DNA of 64,000 nt, taken from a virus. Numbering within the stretch: the first letter of the stretch is position 1; each line of letters opens with the position of its first letter. The notes beneath the pieces were generated by a model, which did no database searches, was not told where the DNA came from, and saw nothing but the letters and a program-made list of their open reading frames with translations. Positions 55,762-64,000 of the stretch are shown one piece after another. The translations under genes were made by a program, and so were the position numbers. The DNA lies in the IMG/VR virus record IMGVR_UViG_3300024255_001088; one strand, given 5' to 3'.

Positions 55762-56321
55762 TGGAAAAAGTAGACGCCAGAACAAAAATGTTTAAAGAAA
55801 AGTTAAAGAGACTTAACTACAAAAAACATATTACAGATGCAATTGAGGCATCATCAAATGTCAAACAAGTAATGGAAAAGATTGCTGACTTTGGTATGAT
55901 GTCAGATGCAGGTAATAAAAAAATTGCTCGTGCTGTTGCACAATCTAAGAATGAGAAAGATTTAAGAGCAAAGTTGTTGAAGATATCAACAATGGCAAAA
56001 GGCAAGTATGCAGAGGCAGAAGAGGATGAAGTCTTCAATCGTGCCATGGATGCAATGCAATCAAAGGCAACTGGTGTACAGAATAGACCAGATGCAACGA
56101 TGTTAATACAACTTCGTAAATTCAAAGATGGAACCAAAGATGGTGAAGTTAGAACAGATGATATGAAAAAAATTAAGGTCAAAAATGCAGATGCAGTCAA
56201 AGTTCATGACACTTTAATGAAGGTTCGAGCACCAATTCGAACTAAATACTTACAACTATTACAAAAAGACAAAAATACTTTTAGTAAAACATTTAATGCA
56301 ATCTTAAAGGTTGCGAAATAG
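55761..56321 (+). CDS. Hypothetical late protein
   Basis: VDARTK.FKE...RL motif; TAATG coupling. Confidence 0.7.
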   Translation: MEKVDARTKMFKEKLKRLNYKKHITDAIEASSNVKQVMEKIADFGMMSDAGNKKIARAVAQSKNEKDLRAKLLKISTMAKGKYAEAEEDEVFNRAMDAMQSKATGVQNRPDATMLIQLRKFKDGTKDGEVRTDDMKKIKVKNADAVKVHDTLMKVRAPIRTKYLQLLQKDKNTFSKTFNAILKVAK

Positions 56322-56330
56322 GAGAATAAA

Positions 56331-56876
56331 ATGGCATTATGGGGAATTTCAGATGCAGACGAATCGAAACCTAAGTGGTTAACCGATGCAGATAAGAAAA
56401 AAGTTTACGCTGACGCTAGTGGTTGGAGATTTGAAAACCCTAAAAGTGGCGCAACAGATGAAGTCTTATGTGCAGTAAGTGGACTTGCAGTTTCAATTGG
56501 TTCTGCTGATATTACAGATATAGAGTTTATTTCAACAGCATTTGATAAATCAGAGGGTGGTACATTATCTGTACGAGTCAGATTTAACGAGGCAGTTGCA
56601 GTCACAGGCACACCACAACTTACAGTTGTAAATGACCAAAGAACAAATCACACATTATCATACGCAAGTGGTACAGGTTCTAACGAACTAGTATTCAGTC
56701 TTGTAATTGGTGCTGCTAACGCTGCTACAAATGCAGGTGATGTTCTAAGTATTGGTGCAAATGCGATGGCTCTAAACAGTGGTACTGTAAAAGATAACGG
56801 TACTTCTACAAACTCAACTATTACCAATGTCGCAGGAATTGGTACTGCTGCTGGTACAATTACAGTAGCTGCATAA
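56331..56876 (+). CDS. Virion structural protein with Ig-like domain
   Basis: MALWG..D..ESKPKWL; V.FNEAV.VTGTP.L, Y.SGTG.NEL.F. Confidence 0.75.
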   Translation: MALWGISDADESKPKWLTDADKKKVYADASGWRFENPKSGATDEVLCAVSGLAVSIGSADITDIEFISTAFDKSEGGTLSVRVRFNEAVAVTGTPQLTVVNDQRTNHTLSYASGTGSNELVFSLVIGAANAATNAGDVLSIGANAMALNSGTVKDNGTSTNSTITNVAGIGTAAGTITVAA

Positions 56877-56886
56877 GAGAATAATT

Positions 56887-57150
56887 ATGAAAATTAAAGT
56901 ATTAGGAACAGAGACCGCATGTGGAACTTCCACATCTAATGGGTCAAATTTTGGCAGTACAACTGCCGTAAGATTAGTCAACACAGGCGCAACAGATAGG
57001 TTAGTGTCAATCGAGACTAGTGCTAATGCTTTAATTGGAACATTCACTTTAAAAGCAAATACATCAGAGGTCGTATCAAAAGACGCCTCTGATGAAATCT
57101 TTGCCGCCAACGCCGAAGTTAAAGGTGTTGGTGTTGCAATACAAGGATAA
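56887..57150 (+). CDS. Small virion-type protein
   Basis: IK.LG.E, AVRLVNT, GTFTL, K...D.IFA. Confidence 0.7.
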   Translation: MKIKVLGTETACGTSTSNGSNFGSTTAVRLVNTGATDRLVSIETSANALIGTFTLKANTSEVVSKDASDEIFAANAEVKGVGVAIQG

Positions 57151-57154
57151 AATT

Positions 57155-57574
57155 ATGAAATCATTTAACGAATATTTAATTGAAAATTTAGGTGGGGACT
57201 TTGGTTTAGACTCAACAGTACCTTATGACATAGATTCACAGGCAGTTAAGAACAAACTTAATGCAGTTTTGGGTCATGTTGCAGTGTCAGAGTTTATGAA
57301 TCCTCTCGCCGCTATTCAACAAATGGAATCAAAACTCTCTCAAATGGGTCTACATAAGAAAGTTCAAGTAGAAGGACATGGCGTAGTACAAGATGAAGAG
57401 TTCTCAGGTTCAGGCGAATTAAACTTAGAGTTTACTCAATTTGGTGGGGTGTATGGTAAATCAGTAGATACACCTTTTGACGAAGTTGAGAAAGAAGAAA
57501 GAAACATTTCTCTCAAAGTTAAATATGAACAGTTAGAAACTGGTTCATTCAAAGTTTACGGTTCAATCGTTTAA
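57155..57574 (+). CDS. Hypothetical protein with capsid-targeting-like N-terminus
   Basis: MKSFNEYLIE; QFGG.YGK. Confidence 0.7.
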   Translation: MKSFNEYLIENLGGDFGLDSTVPYDIDSQAVKNKLNAVLGHVAVSEFMNPLAAIQQMESKLSQMGLHKKVQVEGHGVVQDEEFSGSGELNLEFTQFGGVYGKSVDTPFDEVEKEERNISLKVKYEQLETGSFKVYGSIV

Positions 57575-57631
57575 ACTTCTTTAGTTGAGTCTACTAAATA
57601 CTAGTAGACACAACAACTAAACAATTATATT

Positions 57632-58003
57632 ATGGGTCTATTTGACAAAATCACAGCAAAAAACTTTAACGCATACGCACATAAGCATTATGATGACCCC
57701 CAATGTGAAGACATTGAGGACTTTAATGAAGACTTGCGTAGGTTTAGATATCTAAAACGACTACTTCATCGTTACCATGAGAATGGTGAATTAAGAGAAC
57801 GCCTCATGTTGAATCATATGATATGTTTATTCAATGTGTTTGGATTTGAGGCATGTATGAGAATGTTGCAGTTTAAGATTAAAGAAGAAGAACATTGGTC
57901 ATCTATAAAGACTATGTTGTTATATCTTGAACTCATACAAGAGGGTTGGTTGATAAACTACCCTATAGATGACAAACTTGCAGATAGATTAAGAGAATTG
58001 TAG
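57632..58003 (+). CDS. Conserved T4-like protein (DUF7207-like)
   Basis: A.KHYD.PQC...EDF.EDL.RF.YLKRL..RY...GEL.ERL.LNH. Confidence 0.8.
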   Translation: MGLFDKITAKNFNAYAHKHYDDPQCEDIEDFNEDLRRFRYLKRLLHRYHENGELRERLMLNHMICLFNVFGFEACMRMLQFKIKEEEHWSSIKTMLLYLELIQEGWLINYPIDDKLADRLREL

Positions 58004-58028
58004 TCATTCAGATTGCATAAATAGATAT

Positions 58029-58658
58029 ATGGTCGGAAGAGTAATAGACAGTTTAATCGTATTCAGGGTTCTTAAGATGTTGACAACACCTTTTGAGAAG
58101 ACACCTGCCTATAAGTTTGGGTTCATTGACCAGAACGGCGTAAGAATCAAGTTCATAACAGACCCAGAAAATAAGAATCAAAAACTTGCGAACAATCCAA
58201 AAACAAAAGAAGAGAAGAACTCTCTCACACCTTTACATAGACTTGTATTCAATCTAAAGAAACTAATTAGAAAAGTGCCTGGTGGTAAGTCACAATTGGC
58301 ATCATATGCAGTCGCACTTGGTTTACTCAAAGAACATACTAACTTAGATTCAGAACAGGCAGACCAGTTGTATGAAGACTTCTATAGATTACTGAAAGAC
58401 GAAGATGCATTTCAACCAGAGATGATTGAAGAGGCACAAGACATTGGTAAACTATGTTCTCTAAAAATGCATGGTTCTGATTATCATCTAAGAACTCAAA
58501 TCAAACAGAACTTTGATGAGAATGAAGAAATCAAAATATATCCAGAAAAATCAACAGTCACCAATGTTGCAGAACATAGTATAGGTTATGGTGTACTAAT
58601 ATATGAGGGGTACATAGGGGAAGATAGAGTCCTGTTTACCGCAGAAGATGTATATTAA
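58029..58658 (+). CDS. Conserved T4-like hypothetical protein
   Basis: R.LK.L.TPF....AYK.G.ID..G, T..HRLVFNLKKL. Confidence 0.8.
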   Translation: MVGRVIDSLIVFRVLKMLTTPFEKTPAYKFGFIDQNGVRIKFITDPENKNQKLANNPKTKEEKNSLTPLHRLVFNLKKLIRKVPGGKSQLASYAVALGLLKEHTNLDSEQADQLYEDFYRLLKDEDAFQPEMIEEAQDIGKLCSLKMHGSDYHLRTQIKQNFDENEEIKIYPEKSTVTNVAEHSIGYGVLIYEGYIGEDRVLFTAEDVY

Positions 58659-60453
58659 CGAAGTACTATATCATATTGATGAAGACTACAAACAATATTG
58701 TGATGCAATAGACTCCATATGTGAAGAACTTCTAGTTGAAGAAGACAAGAAGAAAGATGCATGGTTCTTCGACATGTCTACAGATAAACAACAAGACTAT
58801 CTCAAGTCACATCCAGATTCAGACAAGGCAAAAGAACTCAAAAGAAAACTACAATCAATGCCCAAAAGGGGCGACCAAGGTGATACGAGACCGGCACCGG
58901 ATAAAAAATCTCCGAAGGGGAATGTAGCGAAGACAAATCCCGACAAGGACGCCACACCTTCTGAGAAACCTAAGAACGATGTTGGTGGTTCATTACCAAC
59001 TCAAGTTGCAGACTTAAAACAACACATTGGTGAATTAAAAGATGCAATAGGTTTAGATATCGCAACGATTGGTAAGGCATTTAAAGAACCTTCAGTATAC
59101 AATACAGTCAAGGCGATTGGTGGTTCAATAACTGCAACATCTAAGACCATAATGGGTTCACTTAGAACGGTGGGTAAGACTCTTACAGTAGGGGGTGCCG
59201 CTATACATGACACTAAGGCATTCCAACAGTTAGAAAAGGGTCTAATTAAAACAGATGAGTTCATGCAGAAAAACAAAGTACTCGCAACTATGAGTGCTGT
59301 TGGTGTATCTAGTCTCGCAATTGCACAATGGTTAAGAATGTCATTCTCGGGTGATATAGAATCTGATTTTGACTTGACTATTATACCTGCCGCCTTTGCA
59401 GGTAACGCTGGGTTCGCAGACTTGATTGCAACGCCAGATGGTATCAAAGGTATTGGTTTATTGAGTGCTGGTATGGCAACAGGTGGTCTACCTATATGGA
59501 TGGGTGGTCCTGTTGGTCTTGCAATGGCATTAACATATTCAGGTTTAGTCAGTGCAGGTGATACAAAGAAAGGCGCTGAGATTAAAAAGAAAATGGTCGA
59601 TTGGGCAGATAAGATGAGGTCATCAACTGGTGATGTACTGAGAAAAGTTGACAAGAAACTTGGTCTAACAACAGAGTCATTGATGAATCCATCGAACATA
59701 GATAAACTTCAATTCAATGTATTTGAGAAACTAAAGAAACCCAAATATCACAAAGTAGAGATATTTGAAGATGGTTGGTCAGAAATAGAAATGATGCCCC
59801 CACCCACAAATAGTTCTAAAACAACTAAGTCAGAATTAGAAACAGTCATCAAAGAGTCGAACAACGCAACAGATGAAATCAAAAAGAAGTACATCAATTG
59901 TGCCGATGACCCATGTTATTACATCAAAGAATACATGGAAGACTCAGACTTAGAGTTTGATGAAGAGTATATGGATTACATCGTAGACCAATGTACACCA
60001 GTAATCAGACACTTTAAAAATTCATTCAACAGACCTAGACCATATCAAGTTGCAGAAGCACTTAATATGAAACTTAAAAAATGGAAAACAGGAACTGCAA
60101 ACTCTCCTTCATATCCATCAGGTCATTCAATGCAACCATATCTGGTTGCAAACTTCTATGCAGAGAAATATCCAGAACATGAGGGTAATCTTAGAGATGC
60201 CGCTGATATATGTGCATATGGAAGAGTTCGAGCTGGGTTGCATTACCCAACAGATTATAACGCAGGTATACAACTTGCAGATGAAATGGCAAAGTATCTT
60301 AAAGATGACTTAAAAGAAGATGCGCCAGTGAACGCTACAGGTAGTGCTGTATCAACAGACACACCTTTAGTAAGAAGTAGAAACAAGTATCTCAAAAAGA
60401 ACAAAGAAGATTCTAAGAAGATTTTCGGTCTTTTAAAAAGATACTCTAAGTAA
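58648..60453 (+). CDS. Multidomain protein: Gly-rich hydrophobic segment plus PAP2/haloperoxidase-like phosphatase
   Basis: K..FNRPRP, SPSYPSGH, R..AGLHYPTD; ends LKEDAPVN. Confidence 0.8.
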   Translation: MYINEVLYHIDEDYKQYCDAIDSICEELLVEEDKKKDAWFFDMSTDKQQDYLKSHPDSDKAKELKRKLQSMPKRGDQGDTRPAPDKKSPKGNVAKTNPDKDATPSEKPKNDVGGSLPTQVADLKQHIGELKDAIGLDIATIGKAFKEPSVYNTVKAIGGSITATSKTIMGSLRTVGKTLTVGGAAIHDTKAFQQLEKGLIKTDEFMQKNKVLATMSAVGVSSLAIAQWLRMSFSGDIESDFDLTIIPAAFAGNAGFADLIATPDGIKGIGLLSAGMATGGLPIWMGGPVGLAMALTYSGLVSAGDTKKGAEIKKKMVDWADKMRSSTGDVLRKVDKKLGLTTESLMNPSNIDKLQFNVFEKLKKPKYHKVEIFEDGWSEIEMMPPPTNSSKTTKSELETVIKESNNATDEIKKKYINCADDPCYYIKEYMEDSDLEFDEEYMDYIVDQCTPVIRHFKNSFNRPRPYQVAEALNMKLKKWKTGTANSPSYPSGHSMQPYLVANFYAEKYPEHEGNLRDAADICAYGRVRAGLHYPTDYNAGIQLADEMAKYLKDDLKEDAPVNATGSAVSTDTPLVRSRNKYLKKNKEDSKKIFGLLKRYSK

Positions 60454-60456
60454 ATT

Positions 60457-61275
60457 ATGGAAAAATTCTTAAACTATTTGGCTCTAGGTACCTCTCTTGT
60501 AATTGCAGGTATCGCCGCCTATTTCTCAGTTCTTGGTCTTGCAACTATATTTGCAGGTGCATGGTTATCAGTTGTCATTATGACTGGTGTATTAGAGTTT
60601 GGTAAAATAGTCACTGCCGCCTATCTACATCTATTTTGGGAAAGACTCAATTACATGAAGTATTATCTAACCCTATCAGTTTTCATATTGATGTTAATTA
60701 CATCATTGGGTATCTTTGGGTTCTTATCAAAGGCGAACATAGAACAGACACTTAAGGGTGATTCGTTTTCACTTGAGATGTCAATCATAGAGAAGAGAAT
60801 AGAGGGTGAAGAGGGTAAACTAGAGAGACTAGAAACACGACTAGAGGGATTAGATTTAGTTATTAGTACTGCACAACCCAAAGACCGTAACTACATTGAC
60901 CGTAGACAAAAAGAAGAAAGGGACTTGATTGCACAAGATATGAATGTTATAATTGAACAAGTAGTCAAGTACAATGAAGAATTGATGCCTCTCAAAAGGG
61001 AACAACTCATGCAAGAGGGTGAGATTGGTCCGATTAAGTATGTTGCAGAAGTGATATATGGTCAGGAAGAGAGTGTCAAGTACCTTGACAACGCTGTTAG
61101 GTGGGTGATTTTTGCACTCATCTTTGTGTTTGACCCACTTGCGATTTTACTATTGATAACATCAACAAGTCTTATTGCAAGAAAGATTGAGAAAGATAAA
61201 CCAAAGGTAGTTGAGAACAGATATGTCATTCAAGTACCCAAAAAGAAAGTTCCCAAAATCAATAAAACCGACTAG
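60457..61275 (+). CDS. Conserved membrane coiled-coil protein
   Basis: AAYFSV.GL..IFAG, LE.GK, ITS.GIFGFLSKA, E.GPIKYVA, FDPLA. Confidence 0.8.
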   Translation: MEKFLNYLALGTSLVIAGIAAYFSVLGLATIFAGAWLSVVIMTGVLEFGKIVTAAYLHLFWERLNYMKYYLTLSVFILMLITSLGIFGFLSKANIEQTLKGDSFSLEMSIIEKRIEGEEGKLERLETRLEGLDLVISTAQPKDRNYIDRRQKEERDLIAQDMNVIIEQVVKYNEELMPLKREQLMQEGEIGPIKYVAEVIYGQEESVKYLDNAVRWVIFALIFVFDPLAILLLITSTSLIARKIEKDKPKVVENRYVIQVPKKKVPKINKTD

Positions 61276-61309
61276 TATTTTGACCATAATTACTGTATAA
61301 TAAGTAGTA

Positions 61310-62344
61310 ATGTTATGGTTAGAGCGAAAATACTTGTCGATGGTCATGGTCTACTTAGACCGTGCCAAATGGACAAACGAGAATACGATGAATCACAGGT
61401 GCAATTACTGTGGTGATTCGCAAAAGAATGTATATAAGGCACGAGGGTTTCACTTCGTCAAAGAACAATCATTCATCTTCAAATGCCATAATTGTGGTAA
61501 GTCAACATCTTCGATAAACTTTATCAAAGACCATTGGCCATCAGTTCACAAAGAATATCTGAAAGAATTTCTATCAGAAAAAGGTATGAAACCTAAAAGA
61601 AAAATGCCATCGGCGAACGCTTTTAAGTTCACCCCACGAACAGATAATCTAAATAAAACTGTGGTTGAAAAAGAAAACAGTCTCAAGGCAATCGCCTTTC
61701 CTGTTCTCGAAAAGGCAATCGCAAAGAACTATCTCTTAGATAGAAAAATACCAGAATCTTCAATGACTGATTTATGGTTCGTATCATCGGCACAAACTCT
61801 TAGTATGTTGTCAGATAAGTATAGAGATAGAGTATTGGGTAAAGACCCAAGAATAATATTGCCATTCTATGACGAGAGTGGTGAATTGATTGGTGTATCA
61901 GGTCGTGCTATTAACGACTCACCATTGAGATACATGACCATGAGATTCAGAGATGATGTGCCGCTCATCTTCAATCTTAATAAAGTGGACAAGACTAAGA
62001 CAATCTATGTCACAGAGGGACCCATAGATAGTCTATTCCTACCGAATAGTATCGCAGTAGCGGGTAGTGATTTTAAAAAGATACAAGATGATATAAAAGA
62101 TAACGCAATACTAATATATGATAACGAACCAAGAAACGCCGAGATAATCAAAAAGATAGAAGAGGTCATTGACCTCGGGTATAAGGTGTGTATCTGGAAC
62201 GATAGAAGAATAGAAGATTGCAAAGACATAAATGATATGATTATTAAAGGTTTGAGTGAAAGTGAGATTATCGAAATCATCAATCGTAATACAGTTTACG
62301 GTCTCTCAGCAAAATTACAATTGATGGAGTATAAGAAAATATGA
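61310..62344 (+). CDS. gp61: DNA primase gp61
   Basis: C..CGDS..N..KARG, CHNCG, TEGPIDSLF, DNEPRN, KDINDM. Confidence 0.96.
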   Translation: MLWLERKYLSMVMVYLDRAKWTNENTMNHRCNYCGDSQKNVYKARGFHFVKEQSFIFKCHNCGKSTSSINFIKDHWPSVHKEYLKEFLSEKGMKPKRKMPSANAFKFTPRTDNLNKTVVEKENSLKAIAFPVLEKAIAKNYLLDRKIPESSMTDLWFVSSAQTLSMLSDKYRDRVLGKDPRIILPFYDESGELIGVSGRAINDSPLRYMTMRFRDDVPLIFNLNKVDKTKTIYVTEGPIDSLFLPNSIAVAGSDFKKIQDDIKDNAILIYDNEPRNAEIIKKIEEVIDLGYKVCIWNDRRIEDCKDINDMIIKGLSESEIIEIINRNTVYGLSAKLQLMEYKKI

Positions 62345-64000
62345 ACGCAGAAATAAATGTTATAAAGAGTGACGGCACAAAATCAATTATTGATTTAGAT
62401 AAGATACATGTAATGGTAGAGAAGTCTTGCAGAGGCATCAATGGTGTTTCTGAATCTTCAGTAGAGATGAATAGTGGTCTACAATTCTTTGATGGTATCA
62501 CCACAAAAGAGATTCAAAAGATTCTAGTGAAGAGTGCAAGTGATTTGATATCACTAGAGAATCCTAACTACCAATTCGTTGCTGCCAGACTGTTATTGTT
62601 TGGTATTCAGAAACAAGTATTCAATACTAAGTGGAAAGACTCAGAGATTTATCCACCCCTACAAGACTTGATTGAGAGAAACATAGACAAAGGTCTATAC
62701 ACGAAAGACCTAGTAGCGAAATACTCAGACAAAGAACTAAAGAAACTCAATTCATATCTAAGACATAGTAGAGACTTTGACTTTACATATGCAGGTCTAC
62801 AACAAGTCGTAGATAAGTATTTGGTTCAAGATAGGTCAACAGGTACACTATTTGAAACGCCTCAGTTCATGTACATGTTGATTGCAATGACATTGTTTCA
62901 AGACTATGAATCAGACGATAGATTACTATATGTTCGTAGATACTATGATGCAGTGAGTATGTTTAAGATTAATATACCAACGCCAGTCATGGCAGGTGTT
63001 AGAACACCATTGAAACAGTTTGCATCATGTGTTCTGGTCGATACAGATGATTCACTAGACTCATTATTTGCATCTGATATGGCGATTGGTCGATATGTTG
63101 CACAAAGGGCAGGTATTGGTATCAATGCAGGTCGTATCAGAGGTTTAGGTGCAAAGATAAGAGGGGGTGAAGTACAACATACTGGTGTCATTCCATTCTT
63201 AAAGAAATTCGAATCAACAGTAAGATGTTGTACTCAGAATGGTGTAAGAGGGGGTTCTGCTACAGTTCATTTCCCTATCTGGCACCAAGAGATAGAAGAC
63301 ATTATAGTCTTAAAGAACAACAAGGGTACAGAAGATAACAGAGTAAGAAAGTTAGATTACTCTATTCAGTTATCAGAAATCTTTTATAAAAGATTCCTTG
63401 CAAATGAAGATATTACATTATTTTCCCCACATGATGTGCCAGGTTTATATGAGGCATTTGGTACACCAGAGTTTGATGAACTCTATGAGAAGTATGAGAG
63501 AGCGACTTCAGTACCTAAAAGAAAAGTTGGTGCAAGAGAATTGATTACAGATTTATTAAAAGAAAGAGCGGAGACTGGCAGAATCTATATTATGAACATT
63601 GACCACTGTAATACTCATAGTTCATTTACTGATAAAATAAACATGAGTAATCTATGTCAAGAAATAACATTACCAACAGACCCAATAGACCACATTGATG
63701 ACCATGGGGGTGAGATTGCACTTTGTATATTGAGTGCTGTCAATGTGGGTGTAGTTAAAGATGATGAACTACAAGACATATGTGAACTTGCAGTGAGGGG
63801 TTTAGAAGAACTGATTGATTACCAAGAGTATCCTGTAAAGGCGGCAGAGATGTCGACACTCGCAAGAAGAAGTCTTGGTATAGGGTACATTGGTCTTGCA
63901 CATTATCTTGCAAAACATAGAGTCAAGTATTCGGATCCAGAGGCATGGCAACTAGTTCATGACTTGACTGAGAGATTTCAATACTACTTACTAAGGGCAT
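62341..64000 (+). CDS. nrdA: Class Ia ribonucleotide reductase alpha subunit (3' truncated)
   Basis: ATP cone, ETPQFMY, PTPVMAGVRT...QFASC, QNGVRGG, SNLCQEI; open to the window end. Confidence 0.95.
   Translation, partial: MNAEINVIKSDGTKSIIDLDKIHVMVEKSCRGINGVSESSVEMNSGLQFFDGITTKEIQKILVKSASDLISLENPNYQFVAARLLLFGIQKQVFNTKWKDSEIYPPLQDLIERNIDKGLYTKDLVAKYSDKELKKLNSYLRHSRDFDFTYAGLQQVVDKYLVQDRSTGTLFETPQFMYMLIAMTLFQDYESDDRLLYVRRYYDAVSMFKINIPTPVMAGVRTPLKQFASCVLVDTDDSLDSLFASDMAIGRYVAQRAGIGINAGRIRGLGAKIRGGEVQHTGVIPFLKKFESTVRCCTQNGVRGGSATVHFPIWHQEIEDIIVLKNNKGTEDNRVRKLDYSIQLSEIFYKRFLANEDITLFSPHDVPGLYEAFGTPEFDELYEKYERATSVPKRKVGARELITDLLKERAETGRIYIMNIDHCNTHSSFTDKINMSNLCQEITLPTDPIDHIDDHGGEIALCILSAVNVGVVKDDELQDICELAVRGLEELIDYQEYPVKAAEMSTLARRSLGIGYIGLAHYLAKHRVKYSDPEAWQLVHDLTERFQYYLLRA

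Noticed and set aside
43-63191. Minus-strand ORFs in the track (e.g. 43-423, 1973-2491, 59001-59699)
   Set aside because: Antisense shadows of well-supported + strand genes; Ser/Phe/Leu-rich with no motifs or RBS.
35638-64000. Introns or inteins in gp43, uvsX, gp41, gp61 or nrdA
   Set aside because: Frames are continuous, lengths are normal and no intein terminal motifs were seen.

Overview
AT-rich 64 kb segment of a large T4-like myophage of the marine heterotroph-infecting type. The host is unknown; the IscU, peroxiredoxin and curli genes are suggestive of a marine proteobacterium. Essentially all real genes lie on the + strand. Order: head genes (gp21 end, gp22, gp23), gp3, uvsY, uvsW, gp55, gp47/46, peptide deformylase, VWA/MoxR pair, gp45/44/62, regA, a late curli (CsgF/CsgG/two curlin-like)-FecR-CHASE2 adenylate cyclase operon, a QueC-like/2OG island, an RNA-dense hsp20 locus, a DruA-like/cytidylyltransferase/BGT-like cluster, lysozyme, gp43, iscU, uvsX, gp41, a second DruA-like gene, early accessory cassettes, three tRNAs, a long block of putative capsid-packaged proteins, gp61 and the 5' part of nrdA. 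Best leads: (1) a two-fold-symmetric ncRNA upstream of hsp20 that looks like a stand-alone binding site or decoy for a dimeric protein (abiF-like); (2) a candidate DNA-hypermodification system; (3) the curli-cAMP operon, with a signal-peptide gene overprinted on the cyclase catalytic domain; (4) a putatively injected ligase-like plus nucleotidyltransferase-kinase pair; (5) pervasive leaderless transcripts and apparent GATC avoidance. All assignments come from motif recognition by eye; no searches were run.
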